DNA of 64,000 nucleotides from Eledone cirrhosa (taxonomy: Eukaryota): NCBI GenBank assembly GCA_964016885.1, contig OZ024740.1, positions 133,920,001 through 133,984,000 of the forward strand, given 5' to 3'. Of the stretch, positions 25,874 through 38,610 are shown piece after piece; the first letter of the stretch is position 1; every line of letters starts with the position of its first letter. A program made the translations under genes and the position numbers. A model generated the notes under the pieces. That model saw only the letters and a program-made list of their open reading frames with translations, was not told the DNA's origin and made no database searches.

Positions 25874-28800
25874 ACATCGAAATTCCCTGGCTAATAGAAG
25901 CCGTCCTCGCCGGCATCGAAGCCAACACAAAAATAATAGCAATAGCAAAAGAAAAGCAGGAGAACTGGTCCGGATCTGGGATGGAGCTCCTGATCCAAGC
26001 AGACCAAAAAAGCATTGAGGAGATCCCAGAGGTAATAGACCTCACTGACGGCAGCCACCTCACGATAATTGTCGAGGGCAGAAGACCTAGTTGTGTCGGT
26101 TGTGGTGAAGGAACCCACCTAAGGGCTTTCTGCCCTCAGGCTAAAAGGTTGAGGCCACCTCTCCTACCCACCCCAGTGACACAACCATCAACACCACCAG
26201 TAGCAGAGATGGCAGCAACAACTGTAGCAGCAACAACAGAAGCAACTATAACATCAACAACCCCAGCAACAGTAGCAAAACCAACACCACAACCACCACC
26301 AGCAAAACCAACACCACCACCACCCAACGCTTCAGAACTAGCACCTGCGCCTACACCATCCACCACGCCACAAGCAAAACTAACGCCTGTGGAGGATTTT
26401 CCACTCCCCGGCCTATCACAACTGGAGACAGATTGTGACGACGAGGAGTGGGAAACGATATCCGGAAAAAAAAAAGAAACCAAAAAAGAAAAAATTCTCT
26501 TCCTTCCCCCTCCAAAAACAAAATACAGAGGGAAACAAATAAATTAAGAAACAAAAAAGGTAGGACAGATATGCCACCATCCACACCAGCATCACCAACC
26601 CCATCAACCCAAACACCAACACCATCACCATCATTAACCCCAACACACACCATCACCTACACCACAAAAGTCACCAAAATGCGAAACAGAAACAAACCCA
26701 CAACAAACGCAAACAAAACAAAACAACCAAAACGATACACACTACACAGCATTAAATTTGAACAACAAGCAATTATTACACTACATCCAACACAACACCA
26801 GCATCACAGAAAAAGACTACACAACAACCCAAAAATGCACACCACCTAGTTAGTTAGAAAATTAGATGAGGCGCTTAGCAAAGGCATCGCGACCGACGTA
26901 CTTGCGGCGAAATTGGCCCTTGACCAATTCTTCAATGCAAAGCACGAAGACTGCGTTGTCAGAGCTAGGGTGCGTACTCTCAGACACGAGGGGACGAAAG
27001 CCGTTCAATGGGCCCGATTGGCGGAGGCGCGTCGTGGCAACAAAGCCACGATCCGGTCTTTGGTGGACCAAGACGGGCGCATGCTACTCGATCCCGGGCA
27101 AATGTGTGAAGCTTTTCAGCGACACTTCGCTCATCTGTTCGGGGGCAGTGGCGGGCCGGATCGAGGGATGGACTTTAGTGTCTACCTTGACGGACTGCCG
27201 CGGCTTTCGGCCACTGAGGCGGAGTGTTGCGAAAAGCCGATAACAACCGCTGAAGTACGGGATGCAATGACTAGTTGCACAAGGGGTAAATCGCCTGGTT
27301 TGGATGGTCTGCCCTATGAACTTTACGTACAAATGCCAGACTTGTTCGGAGGCCTCTTGGCGGACGTCTACTGCAACTGGCAACAGAACGGGAGAATTCC
27401 CAGCTCTGTGAGCCGAGGTGCGGTGGAGCTGCTGAGAAAGGATCCGAACAAGGGGGATAACATAGATCATTTTAGGCCCATAACTCTGCTAAACACAGAG
27501 TTCAAGATTTTGGCCAAGGTGCTAGCAAAGAGGTTGGCGCTTGTCGTTGATGATCTGTTGGGAGAGGCACAGACATGCGCCATTCCCGACAGATCCATCC
27601 ACGACAACCTCCACCTCATGCGATACATCGTAGAGAGGGTAGCTAGGGAACCTGGCAAGGGTGGATCTTTGATTAATTTAGATCAGTCGAAAGCCTTCGA
27701 TAGGGTCGACCATCGTTATCTAGCGGCAGTCCTGAGGGCGGCTGGCTTTGGGCCCGTCTTCAGAGGCTGGATCGCTGCCATGCACAGCGACATCTGCTCT
27801 GTAGTGAGAGTGTACGGTCACCTTTCGGAACCGTTCAACATCATGCGCTCGGTCCGCCAAGGATGTCCCCTCTCGTCCCTATTGTACGTATTGACTCTCG
27901 AGCCATTACTGCACAAACTAGAGACGTTGAAGGGGGTCCCGCGCGAACTAGGATGCGGAAGATCCGTGTCAGCATATGCCGACGATGTCACCGTAGTGGT
28001 GTCGAACGCCAAACATATCGAGGCGATCGGCACTACACTAAGAGAATACGAAGCGGTGACAGGAGCAATGATCAACCAGGAAAAGTCAGTGGGCCTGCAG
28101 CTCGGCACCTGGAGAGGCAGGTCCATGCCGTCCAACAACGTCGTCGGGCGCTGGACGGACGGACCGGTTAAATTGCTAGGGGTCTGGTTCGGTCCAGACC
28201 TCCAGACGGACAAAACTGGGACGAGGTGACGAGCAGGGTGGCTTCTCTCACCCAGAAATGGGCCGAGCGGAAGCTATCCCTGAAAGGTCGAGCGGAGGTG
28301 GCTAACGCGTACATCGCGTCCGTCATCTACTACCGCCTGACCGTCGTACTTTGTCCTAAGCCCCGCCTGACTGCGCTGGAGCGTTTGCTCTTTCGCTTTT
28401 TGTGGAAGGGACGCGCTCCGATGGTCAGGTGGTCCATCTGCTGTCAACACCCGCTACGTGGAGGGCTGGGCATGCCGTGGCTGATGATGCGCAGACACGC
28501 ACTCAGGCTACGACATCTCCACCTCTTCCTCGACGGTGATCAGGTGTGGTCGCCGTTTGCTAGACACGTTTTTTCCCAGCTCGTCTCCTTGACGGAGCTG
28601 CAGTCCTGGGTCAAGCGAAGACCGAGAGGGAGCGCTTGGAGACTGGAATGTCTTCAGGCGCTCACAGCCCTCGACCAATCGGGCAATGTGATCGGTGGAA
28701 ACTCCACCTTGGCGTTCTATAGGGGATTAGTGGAGGGGAAGAGCGACGACGTACTTGGAGAAACTCTAGGCGTCGACGAAAATCAACTAGCCAATCTCTT

Positions 28801-29583
28801 CCGAAGGACTTTCGGGCCGGGGCCTATGGACAACTTCCAGAAATCCCTGGCCTGGCAGTGCTACTGGGGTGCTTTGCCAGTTCGGGATAAACTTTACAGG
28901 CATGGAGGTGCCGTCAGCCGGGCATGTCCGAGATGCGCGCAGGGCGATGAAACCCTCCTGCACGCACTCGTCCAGTGTCCGAGCATTGCTGACTTGTGGG
29001 TTTATGTCGAACACCTGCTGTCACGTGTAGGACGGATCCAGCTATCAGCTGAGTCCATCGTGAGGATTGCCCCGCCCTCTTCCTTTAGCCGGGAAGGGCA
29101 GGCAGTTTTTATCTGTCTGGTGGCCATGGCGAAAGAGATAGTATGGTGGACACGTTTGAAAGGGCTGAAGACGAGCACTTACCTCTTCGGTGATGCCCTG
29201 ATTAACTTTTTCAAATTTCATCTGAAAAGGAAAATCAGGGTAGAGAGGGAAGTGCTCTCTTCCCAGCATTTTGTTGAAAGATGGGTGAGAGAAGCAAGTA
29301 TGGCCCGAATGAATGGGCCTTCTCTGAGTATGGGTCTGTAAATTAAAGGTGGAAAACTGGGAGAGGGCACTTGCCCTGGTGGTCAGGGCCACTGTGGTCT
29401 TTTAATGGGCTTTCTCCACAAATGTCCCTCGGAAGTCTCCCCCCTATTGGGGAATTTTTCTTTGTTATTTTATTTCATCCTCTGTTTTTTTACACGCAGA
29501 AATGCCTATTTGTACCCTCCTGTATTGTCCTGTACTTTCCTTAATGTCTACTTTATGTAAACCCTTGTGGTTAATAAAGAAAA

Positions 29584-29584
<1 letters not shown>
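25874..29584 (+). mobile_element. Tx1-like LINE, family C, 5'-truncated and internally deleted (ORF1 middle fused to post-EN ORF2), intact 3' end
   Basis: ORF1 piece with CVGCGEGTHLRAFC zinc knuckle; RT 26913-28229 (LDQSKAFDRV, VRQGCPLS, AYADD); C-terminal CPRC..E..LHALVQC; 3' UTR ends TTAATAAAGAAAAC(ATT)n; closely similar to 57726-63554. Confidence 0.93.
26913..29341 (+). pseudogene. Tx1 ORF2 reverse transcriptase plus C-terminal zinc-finger domain (one frameshift near 28215)
   Basis: Track ORFs 26913-28229 and 28226-29341; all RT core motifs present. Confidence 0.92.
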
Positions 29585-29617
<33 letters not shown>

Positions 29618-32600
29618 GGTGAAGCCACGCTTCTTATCGCCTCCAGTCTTTTTCAACGTTTTACCTCTTTTTCAACCGTTCTAAACCTTTTATTCAAGTT
29701 TTAAATTTGATGAAAGTTTACAAGAAGTGACCCACCTTTACGAGGTGTCGTATTCGTACTTGTGTAAACATTTTTTTTTTTTTAAATTTCAACATGGATA
29801 ACACAAAGAGAGAGAGCGCTGTCAGACAACACAGAGAGAGGGAGACTTTATCAGCATGTCAACAAGACAGCGTTCCAGCGGAGGTAAATATAAACGAAAA
29901 TATTACAAACGAAAAAAAGATTGTTACAGATTTAAAATTAACAAATATTTCTAACACAAACAACACCAACAATAACACCAACAACATCACCAAAAATAAC
30001 AGCGGCAAATTCGAGAACGACAATAACAAAAAATAACAGCGGTAAGGTCGAGAACGACAATAACAAAAATAACAGCGGTAAGGTCGAGAACGACAATAAC
30101 AAAAATAACAGCGGTAAGGTCGAGAACGACAATAACAAAAATAACAGCGGTAAGGTCGAGAACGACAATAACAATGACAATAACAACAGCCACAACAACA
30201 ATAATGGTAGGAACAGTTTCAACAAAAACAACAATAATAACAACAGCCACAATAACAGTAACAGCAGCAACAGTATCAACGAAAACAACACCAACAACTG
30301 TACCAGCGAAAAAATCAACAATGACACCGATACCTGTATTAGCGACCTCAGCACCACCAGTAAGACCAGTAGCGGCAGCAATAGTGGTGCTGCTGAAAAA
30401 GGGACCACTTCTTTTGCAGGTGTCACCCGAAATATCGAGACGGTGTTAGTCACAGAGGAGGAGATGGCAGTCGCAAGAGCCATAGTGACAAGAAGCGCAA
30501 ATAGAGTTTCCCTGAAACATCCACCCGATTTGTTTAAGGACCAGCAGCTACGAACGGTGACTTACCGCACCGTAAGCAAAATCTCACATCGAGTGGAGAG
30601 AGCCACGGAGGCTCAAATCCAAAAGGCCTTGGGGTGCGTCTGGGCACGCAAAACCCACATCACCCGAGGCAGAAAGTACGCCACAGTAGACGTACTTTTC
30701 TCCACCCCCCAGGAAGCAAAGTCTCACTCTTTGGAAACCCTAAAGAGTGAGGAGTTAGTCTTGGTGCCCTCCTACTGCGGCAGAAAATTGTGAGGGTCAA
30801 AGTGACCCAGGTCCCACCCGACGTGTCCATACCTTGGCTGGCCGCGTCTGTCCTTGCTGGAATTGGGAACAGGGCGACCATGCTGCAAGTAGAAAAAATA
30901 GGGAGAGAGAACTGGTCAGGTATAGGCATGCAAATGCTTATACAAACTGACCAGGAATGTATCGAGGATATCCCCGATATCATAGACTTCGAGGAAGGAC
31001 TCCAACTCCCTATAAGTGTAGAAGGAAGACAGCCAAAATGTTATCTCTGTGGGTCTAAAGGTCCCCTCAGGGCCTTTTGCCCGCAGAAGACACCGAAGTG
31101 GGCCCCTCTCCTTCCAATACCTGGTCCGCTGCTATCAAGAGCAGGACAGGCAATAAACGAAGAAGCCCCTTCCACGGTGAGTAGGAGGACAACGTCCGTA
31201 GCACCCGTACCAGGGCCACGGATAACTAAAGCAGCATCATCAGTAGCGGCAACACCAATAGCTACATTTGAAATAGCTACACCAGCAAAAAAATTGCCGA
31301 AGAGGGCTCCACTACCACCACCAACAGCCGTGGAGCACATACCCCTTCCAGACGCCACAGAATCCGACATGGAGTTTGAGGCGGGAGTGACGTGGCAAAC
31401 AGTCTGCCACAAAAAACAAAAAACAAAAAAACCCTTAGATTCACCCTCCAAAGGCGAAGGCATACAAAGAGGGGTAAAGGCAGCAAGGAAACGTGCAGCA
31501 ACACCACCACAAACACCAACAACGCAAACACAACAAGACACACACACCAAACAGCAACAAGAAGAAAACGGCAACAAAATCACCCCTCCCCCCAAAAAGT
31601 ACACAGCCACAAACATAGCAAAAGAAAAACTCATAAAATATATAAAGCAGCACACAGACATCACGGAAAAAAACTACATTACCCCACCAACACCAAGAAC
31701 TCTCCCGACAAACATAAGCATCATCGAAATCTCAATAGAACAATACAAACCTTTAAAACAAAAATTACCCAACGCAGTTGGAGACTAGAGAGGGACGGTT
31801 ACCAAGAGGATATACACTGACATCCTCTTGGAAACACCCATGACCAGCGAAAGGGACGGTTCTACTGTTCCTTCACCACACGAACAAGGTAAGTGACCCT
31901 TTCTCATTTGCTCCGTTTCTCATCCAACATGGCTGTACTCAGAATAGGCAGTATAAATGCACGTGGCCTGGGGTCATCTTGGAAGCAGGGTCACCTGCTC
32001 AATGACCTCAGGTCACTAAACATAGATGTGGTGGCCATCAGTGAAACCAGAATCTCCGAGGCACGGGCCTTCGCACCGATCTTCGGCGGCTACGATGTAT
32101 ACGCATCTCTCAGCCGTCCAGGATCGGGGGGAGGGGTTGCCGTCCCTTTTCGGAGAGGCTTGGATCTCGCGATACGGGCCATCTTCCTGGACCCAGAAGG
32201 TAAGTCGGTGGTGCTGGACGTGACCGGCAGCGAAGGCAATGCTTTCAGGCTAGTAGCCGTCTACGCCCCAACAGGGGCAGGACGGCCAGATTTCTTCAGA
32301 CGTCTAGAGACCTTTCTTGGAACGTCCCGCTCTTTAGTGTTAGTGGGCGACTGGAACGGTATCTGGGAAGCACGCTTTGGATCGTGTGGGGCTAGTGGAT
32401 AGGGGAGGATGGTGCAAGAGGCTCACCAACCTGCTCAGACGCTTTGAACTGTCTGACACGTATCGACTGGATCACCCGAATGTGCTAATGTGGACATGGA
32501 CAAACCGCATCGGGTCATCCAGATCGTATCTAGATAGGGTATTCTGCAGGGTACTAGATAAGGCTAGTATAAGTTTTCCACAATTTAAAATAGTCGACTA

Positions 32601-33952
32601 CACAGACCACAAATTCGTGATCTGTGAGATCGACATAGATAGACTTCATAGACAACGGTCTGGTTACTGGAAGTTGAACGCGTTTTTCCCGGCGCGCAAG
32701 GCCTACAGAGACCGGATTAGCGTATTAGTTAAGCAGGCGTTGACGGGAGCGGTCGTCAACAACAGGTGGTGGTTCGCCCTGAAAAGGGCAATTAAAGTAG
32801 AGTCGATTAGGTTTAGCAAAGGAGTAGTGATAGAGGAAAATAGAGTAGAGGGAGAGCTAGTCAGAAAGCTAGAAGAGGCGTTTAGGACAGGCATAGCAAG
32901 CGACGTGCTTGCGACGAGATTGGCACTCGACCAATTCTTCAACGCAAAACACGAAGGCTGCGTTGTCAGAGCTAGAGCGCGTGCTCTGAAACACGAGGGG
33001 ACAAAAGCCGTCCAATGGGCCCGGGTGGCAGAGGCGCGAGTTGGCAATAAAGCCACAATTCGGTCTTTGTCTGACCAAAACGGGTGCGTGATGCTCGAAC
33101 CCGAGCGGATGTGTCAAGCTTTTCAGCAGCACTTTGCTGAACTGTTCGGAAGCGGCGGCGGCCCGGATCGGGGCATGGATTTCAGTCCATACCTCGACGG
33201 ACTGCCTCGGCTCTCGACAACCGCAGCGAAAAGCTAATAACAGCCGGTGAAATACGGGAAGAAATGGCTAACTGCACAAGAGGTAAATCGCCAGGTTTAG
33301 ATGGTCTGCCCTACGAGCTTTATGCATTTATGCCTGACTTGCTCGGTGACCTCTTGGCAGACGTCTACTGCAACTGGCAGCAGAACGGGAGCATTGCCAG
33401 TTTTGTGAGCCGGGGAGCAGTGGCGCTGCTGAGAAAAGACCCGAACAAGGGGGATGTTATTGATAATTTCAGGCCCATAACCCTGCTAAACGCAGAGTTC
33501 AAGATTTTGTTAGCAACGAGGTTGATGCTTGTTGTCACGGGTCTGGTGGGAGAGATAGATCCATACACGACAACCTCCACCTCATGTAATACATCATAGA
33601 AAGGGTGGTTAAGGAACCTGGCAAGGGTGGGGCCCTGATCAACTTGGATCAATCCAAAGCATTCGATAGGGTCCACCATCGGTACCTGGCGACGGTCCTC
33701 GAGGCAGCCGGTTTCGGGCCCGTTTTCAGGCGTTGGATCGCAGCAATGTACAGCAACATCTGCTCAGTTGTGAGGGTGAACGGTCACCTGTCGCAGCCGT
33801 TCAGCATCATGCGCTCAGTCCGCCAGGGTTGTCCCCTCTCGTCCCTCTTGTACGTATTGGCTCTCGAGCCGTTACTGCACAAACTGGGGCCGATGAGGGG
33901 CGTCCCACGCGAACTAGAATCCGAGTCGGCTTACGCTGACGACGTCACCGTA
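29618..33952 (+). mobile_element. Tx1-like LINE, family B, 3'-truncated just after the RT YADD motif
   Basis: Starts at (ATT)n|GG; ORF1 from ATG 29794 (Asn-rich N-terminus, CYLCGSKGPLRAFC knuckle); ORF2 ATG 31929 (SINARGL, AISET, GDWN, TDH; RT to AYADDVTV). Confidence 0.93.
29992..30172 (+). repeat. 36-bp coding minisatellite, 5 copies (KNNSGKVENDNN), in Tx1 ORF1
   Basis: AAAAATAACAGCGGTAAGGTCGAGAACGACAATAAC is repeated exactly 4 times after one diverged copy. Confidence 0.93.
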
Positions 33953-36900
33953 AATGTTTTTATAGATACATACTTGTCTATTGGAACGGAAATATCAATT
34001 AGCAAGCATACCCTCTTTTTAAAGTCCTTCAATTTTATATCAGGTCTATTTGCATCTATTTTTCGGTCTGTTTGGATGCTAAAGTTCCACAAGATTGAGA
34101 TGTGATCTTTTTCAAGTATGGGAGGTGGTTGATGCTCCCACCAATTCTTTTGATGGGGAGGTCAAAATGCTTACACATTGACCAATGTATGTATTGTGCA
34201 GCTCTGTCATGCCTGTTTAGGTATTCGGTTGGAGCTATAGGACTGCACATTGAAATTATATGGTCAATGGTCTCTGGTTGTTTTTTACATACACGGCATA
34301 ATGGGTTGCATCCATTTTTTATGTTGGCTTGGTAATTTTTTGTTAGTAGACACTGATCTTGTGCTGATATAATCAGTCCTTCAGTCTCCGATTTCAGTCC
34401 AGAGGATGCCAACCACTGATGGGTTAAAGTTTTGTCAACACCAGGATGGTTAGCTCGTTCTGGGTATTTTTATAGAGAGGCTTTTCTTGCCATTTCTTAG
34501 CCAGTTTCTGTAGCAGTTCTTTCTTTGCAGTTACTTTTACCTGCTTTGCTTTTTCTGTGTTTTCCATGTCAGCAGCAAATGGGACTTCTGAAATGTGTAG
34601 TCCATTACTGTATCTTTGTGCATCTTTTGTAATGGAGTATGATCTTTTGATGCTTTCGTGTTTCAAAACGAGTTTGATCATCCAATCATGTGATTCCCTT
34701 AGATATGTAGATAATCCAATTGTTGCAGTTTTCAACGCAATGTCTAACTGGATTAACCCACGTCCTCCTTCTTTCCTAGGGAGATATATTCTATCTGTAT
34801 CTGCCTTAGGGTGATGCATTCTGTGCATGGTTAAGAATTTTCGAATTTTTGTATCGAGCCTACGGATCTCTGTGCTTGACCAGTTGATGACATTGTAACT
34901 GTAGGTTACTACTGGTATGGCAAGCGTGTTTATGGCATCGATCCTATTCCTTGCATTCAATTCCGTTCTTAAGACTGCTCTGACTCTGCGGTAACATTCC
35001 TTCCTTATCCTTTCCCTCATTGTTGAGTGCTTGATTCCGTCTCCTTCACAAACACCTAGATATTTGTAAGTTTCCTCTTGATCAAGTTCTCTTATCACAT
35101 TCCCTCGATCAAGATTAATGTCTGAACTAATACTGAACTAATACTTAATGGTATAAGTGCGATGCAGAATAAAAGCGGTGATAAAGAGTCACCCTGAATA
35201 ATTCCACAATTAATATTAACTTCTCCAGCTTCCAGTGATTTTGTTTCACTATTCAAAAGGATTGTCGTTTTCCATGTCTTCATACTGAATGACAAAAACC
35301 TCCTGACAACGGGGGATATTTTGAAACTCTCTAAACATTTTTCAATCCAACTGTGTGGCAAACTATCGAATGCTTTTTTATAATCTATCCAAGCTATTGA
35401 TAGATTTTTGTGTCTATTATGACAATCTTCCAGTATCATTTTGTTAACCAAAAGCTGATCCTTACAGCCATATGAGCCTCGTTTACACCCTTTCTGCTCA
35501 ATGGGAAATAGGTCATTTGTTATCAGGTGGTCATATGTATATTCAGTTAGGACTGATGTTAAAATGTTATACATTGTGGTCAAGCAAGTTATCGGTCTGT
35601 AATTTTTGGGATTGTTTGTCTCATCATTCTTCGGAAACAGGAATGTAATGCCGTTAAATAGCCATGATGGTATCTTTTCTGGCTCCTTAACTATTTCATT
35701 ATAAAGTTGGGCTAACAGCTTATGAGACTCCGTGAAGGCATTTATCCAAAAGTTTTGTATTTTGTCTTTTCCTGGGGATTTCCATTTGTTGGTTTTTCTT
35801 AGAGCCAAACGCAACTGTTCAACTGTTATATTTTCCCATATTTGTTCCTCAAGGTGAGCTGTATCTTTCATTTGTCTGTCTATCCATGGGGCATGTATAT
35901 TATGTACATTTTCTTCGGCCCAGATCTTTTCCCAGAATTCTTGCACTTCCTCCTTGGGTGGTATTGATTTAGCAGTTATTGTTGACTTACCAATTTTTCT
36001 GTAGAAGTTTCTTTGGTTGGTTTTGAACATATTATTGTCCTTATAGAATCTAGATCGTTTTTCAAAGCGCCTTATACGAGCAGCTTTGGCCGACACTTTT
36101 TGCTTGATTATTTCTATCAGCATGCCTATGTCACTTGTTGGTTTTATACTGTACTTTTTTTTCAATTTTCTAAGTTTAGTTTGTTTAACATGTTCACCTA
36201 CTTTATAGTTTTTTAAAATTTCTGTCAGATCGGAGAAGGTTTATTTGGCGATTGATGTTCTCTTGCCAAGTAGATTTCTTCTGGGAATTCCTTTGTTTTT
36301 GCATCTTCACTCCACATAAGTGAGTGGTGACTTTAGCCGATGCATAATAGAGATGATTTAAATCAGTAATGTTTAGTTTGTTTGTGATGATAATGTTTTT
36401 GAGAATTATGTTAGTCTTGTGTATTATCTTTTGGTTCTGTTTGGATTTCTGGATCTTAGGGAGGGTGTCTCGTTCCCCATGTCAGATTCTTTCATTTTCA
36501 TCCATTCGATCATAATTTCATCCTTCAAGTTGGCAAGTTCATTCTCATTCATTTCTTTATCATTTACGATCTCATTGTTTTCATTTGGAGTTTCATCTTG
36601 AGCATGCACTCCCTCCACTTTTTCGATCCTTTCTTTAATTTGTTCTGTTGTCAGTGATTCCGCCCCAACCCTGGGATTCGAAGTGTTACAATTTACCTCG
36701 TTTTCACTGACACATGTTTCATTTTCCCTTCGCTGACTTTGTGCTAATAGATTGATCTGATCAATTTCTATATCCGTTAGTAACATTTTTCTTACAATAC
36801 TTCTTCGTATATTGGCTAGTTTGTTACTGTCAATATAGCCTCTGTTTTCGGGATGTTTCTTTTTCCAGTTGATATATGTCTGTTCTGTATTCGATGTATT

Positions 36901-37340
36901 TGATGGGTAGTACATGGCAGTGTAGAAAGCCTCAAGGACTTCTTTATTATCTTCCCTTGACCATTTTTCTCTCTTTTTCTTTGGATTTCTTGGTGGTAAG
37001 CATGGAGGGCCAACAGTAGGAGTATTCCGGTTATGGGAGGTCTCCAGCTCCGAAGTGATGGGAAGGTTTGAACCATTAGCTGATTTTTCGACCCCAGTCT
37101 GGTTCCTCTCTGAGGGACGCGGCCCTTTTTTACCCGGGTGACGGCCCATCCGGTATAAGATTTTATCATTAGACATTTACTTTATTTTGTCGCGTTTTAT
37201 CCTTATCCGCCAAGGGGTAATCATTTCGTGTTACCACTTCTAGAACGAGTGTCAAGCAAGACTAGAAGGGTCGTTCTCCCCTAGAGACACGGCTATTCCC
37301 CGCCGGCCGCCATCCCGGTATTTCTTGGTCACGGGGTTTT
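33953..37340 (-). mobile_element. R4/Dong-like non-LTR retrotransposon, second family, 3'-truncated within the RLE
   Basis: ORFs 36424-37176, 35095-36165 (NYRPITCL, EQKGC, WIDYKKAFDS, QGDSLSP), 34424-35098 (YKYLG), 34056-34412 (AQDQ, CRVC..ETIDHIISMC, RHD); internal deletion near 35140 removes the MDD region. Confidence 0.92.
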
Positions 37341-37589
37341 CTTTTTTGTTGTTTTTTTAAATTGTTATTATCATGAGTGGTTCCTTAATGTGAGCATTGC
37401 GTGGCTTAAGAATGAAATTATTAATAATTGTCTCCACTCCAGGCACAAGGCCAGCAATTACCCAGTGCATTACAATAATATAATATACTTTTTGCTGAAG
37501 TTGCCTGTTATTGTTGCTGGCTATGTCGGTGGTGGTGCTGGGACTTTTTATATTGTTGGTGGGGAAGGGGGGAGTCAACAGTGCCATAG

Positions 37590-38345
37590 TTGTTGACGTT
37601 TGGCCGGTGGCCGGGTCACTAAGTCAAACTATTTATATCTTTTGCTAGCCTCTCCCTTGTCTAGTGATACCGCCACCTTCCCCTTTCTTAAGTTAACAGA
37701 AGGTAATGGGGAATATTGGTGGTAGCAATGAAGGAGTGGTGGCGGCGGTGATGGGATAGTGGTAGCAATGATGGATGGAGTGGTGGCGGCGGTGGCTTTG
37801 TCGTTACTGAGTTTTGTTGAATAGACAGTAGTATCTATGCGTTTGTAGTATCTATGCGTTTGTGTCGCGTTTGTTTAATATATGTGTTGACATATTTTCT
37901 TAATATTGGAATTAAACATTTTGTTAAAACTTGAGACAATAATAATAGTAATTATTATTATGATGCTGGGATTGGTGGTGGTGGTGGTGAAATTGCCGTT
38001 ATCAGGCTGTTGTATTTAGTGTACACAGCGGGGTGATGGGGTAGGTGGTGTATCTAGTTTCTGGTGTTGGTGAAATTGCTGTTATTTGGCTGTTCTATAT
38101 AGTGTAGACAGAGGGGGTTTTCTTCCATTTATAACCATTTTCTTTTTTGAACATAAAATGTATAATACAAAATTGAATATTTGAGCGATATAACAATATA
38201 TTATGGATCCGAATTTTTATGATGCTTGATTCGGTGCTTTATGCATCATTTGTACTAAGAATTGTTATTTCACAATTGATTTAAATATGTTAAAAATCAA
38301 AAGCTTACGGGAGCGATTTCCTGACCTTCTACAACCACGTGCGTC
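37590..38345 (-). mobile_element. Second copy of the 22330-23232 element end
   Basis: Direct similarity over more than 500 bp; again bounded by a (TTA)n tract (38360-38404). Confidence 0.6.
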
Positions 38346-38358
38346 TTCTTCCCTTATC

Positions 38359-38404
<46 letters not shown>

Positions 38405-38406
<2 letters not shown>

Positions 38407-38610
38407 CTGAGAGGTTCGTGGGGTAAGAGTCCTCAAACACTCTTTCCAGCGGTTCTTCTCAGAAAATTCCCTCTCCAATTGACCTGGCTGGATCTCCAAG
38501 CGAGGCAAGCTGAACTCATGGATGTTATCCAACAATCTTCCTCTGGATCTATCCTTGGCTCTCCTGCCGGTTGGTTTTGCCCGTAAAATCTGTCCAGCGA
38601 TTTCTTCAAG
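38405..38610 (-). mobile_element. RTE-clade LINE 3' end fragment
   Basis: Aligns with 48860-49055 (GGTCGTGGGGT..GAGTC..AAACACTCTTTCCAGCG...GATGTTATCCAAC.ATC). Confidence 0.75.
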
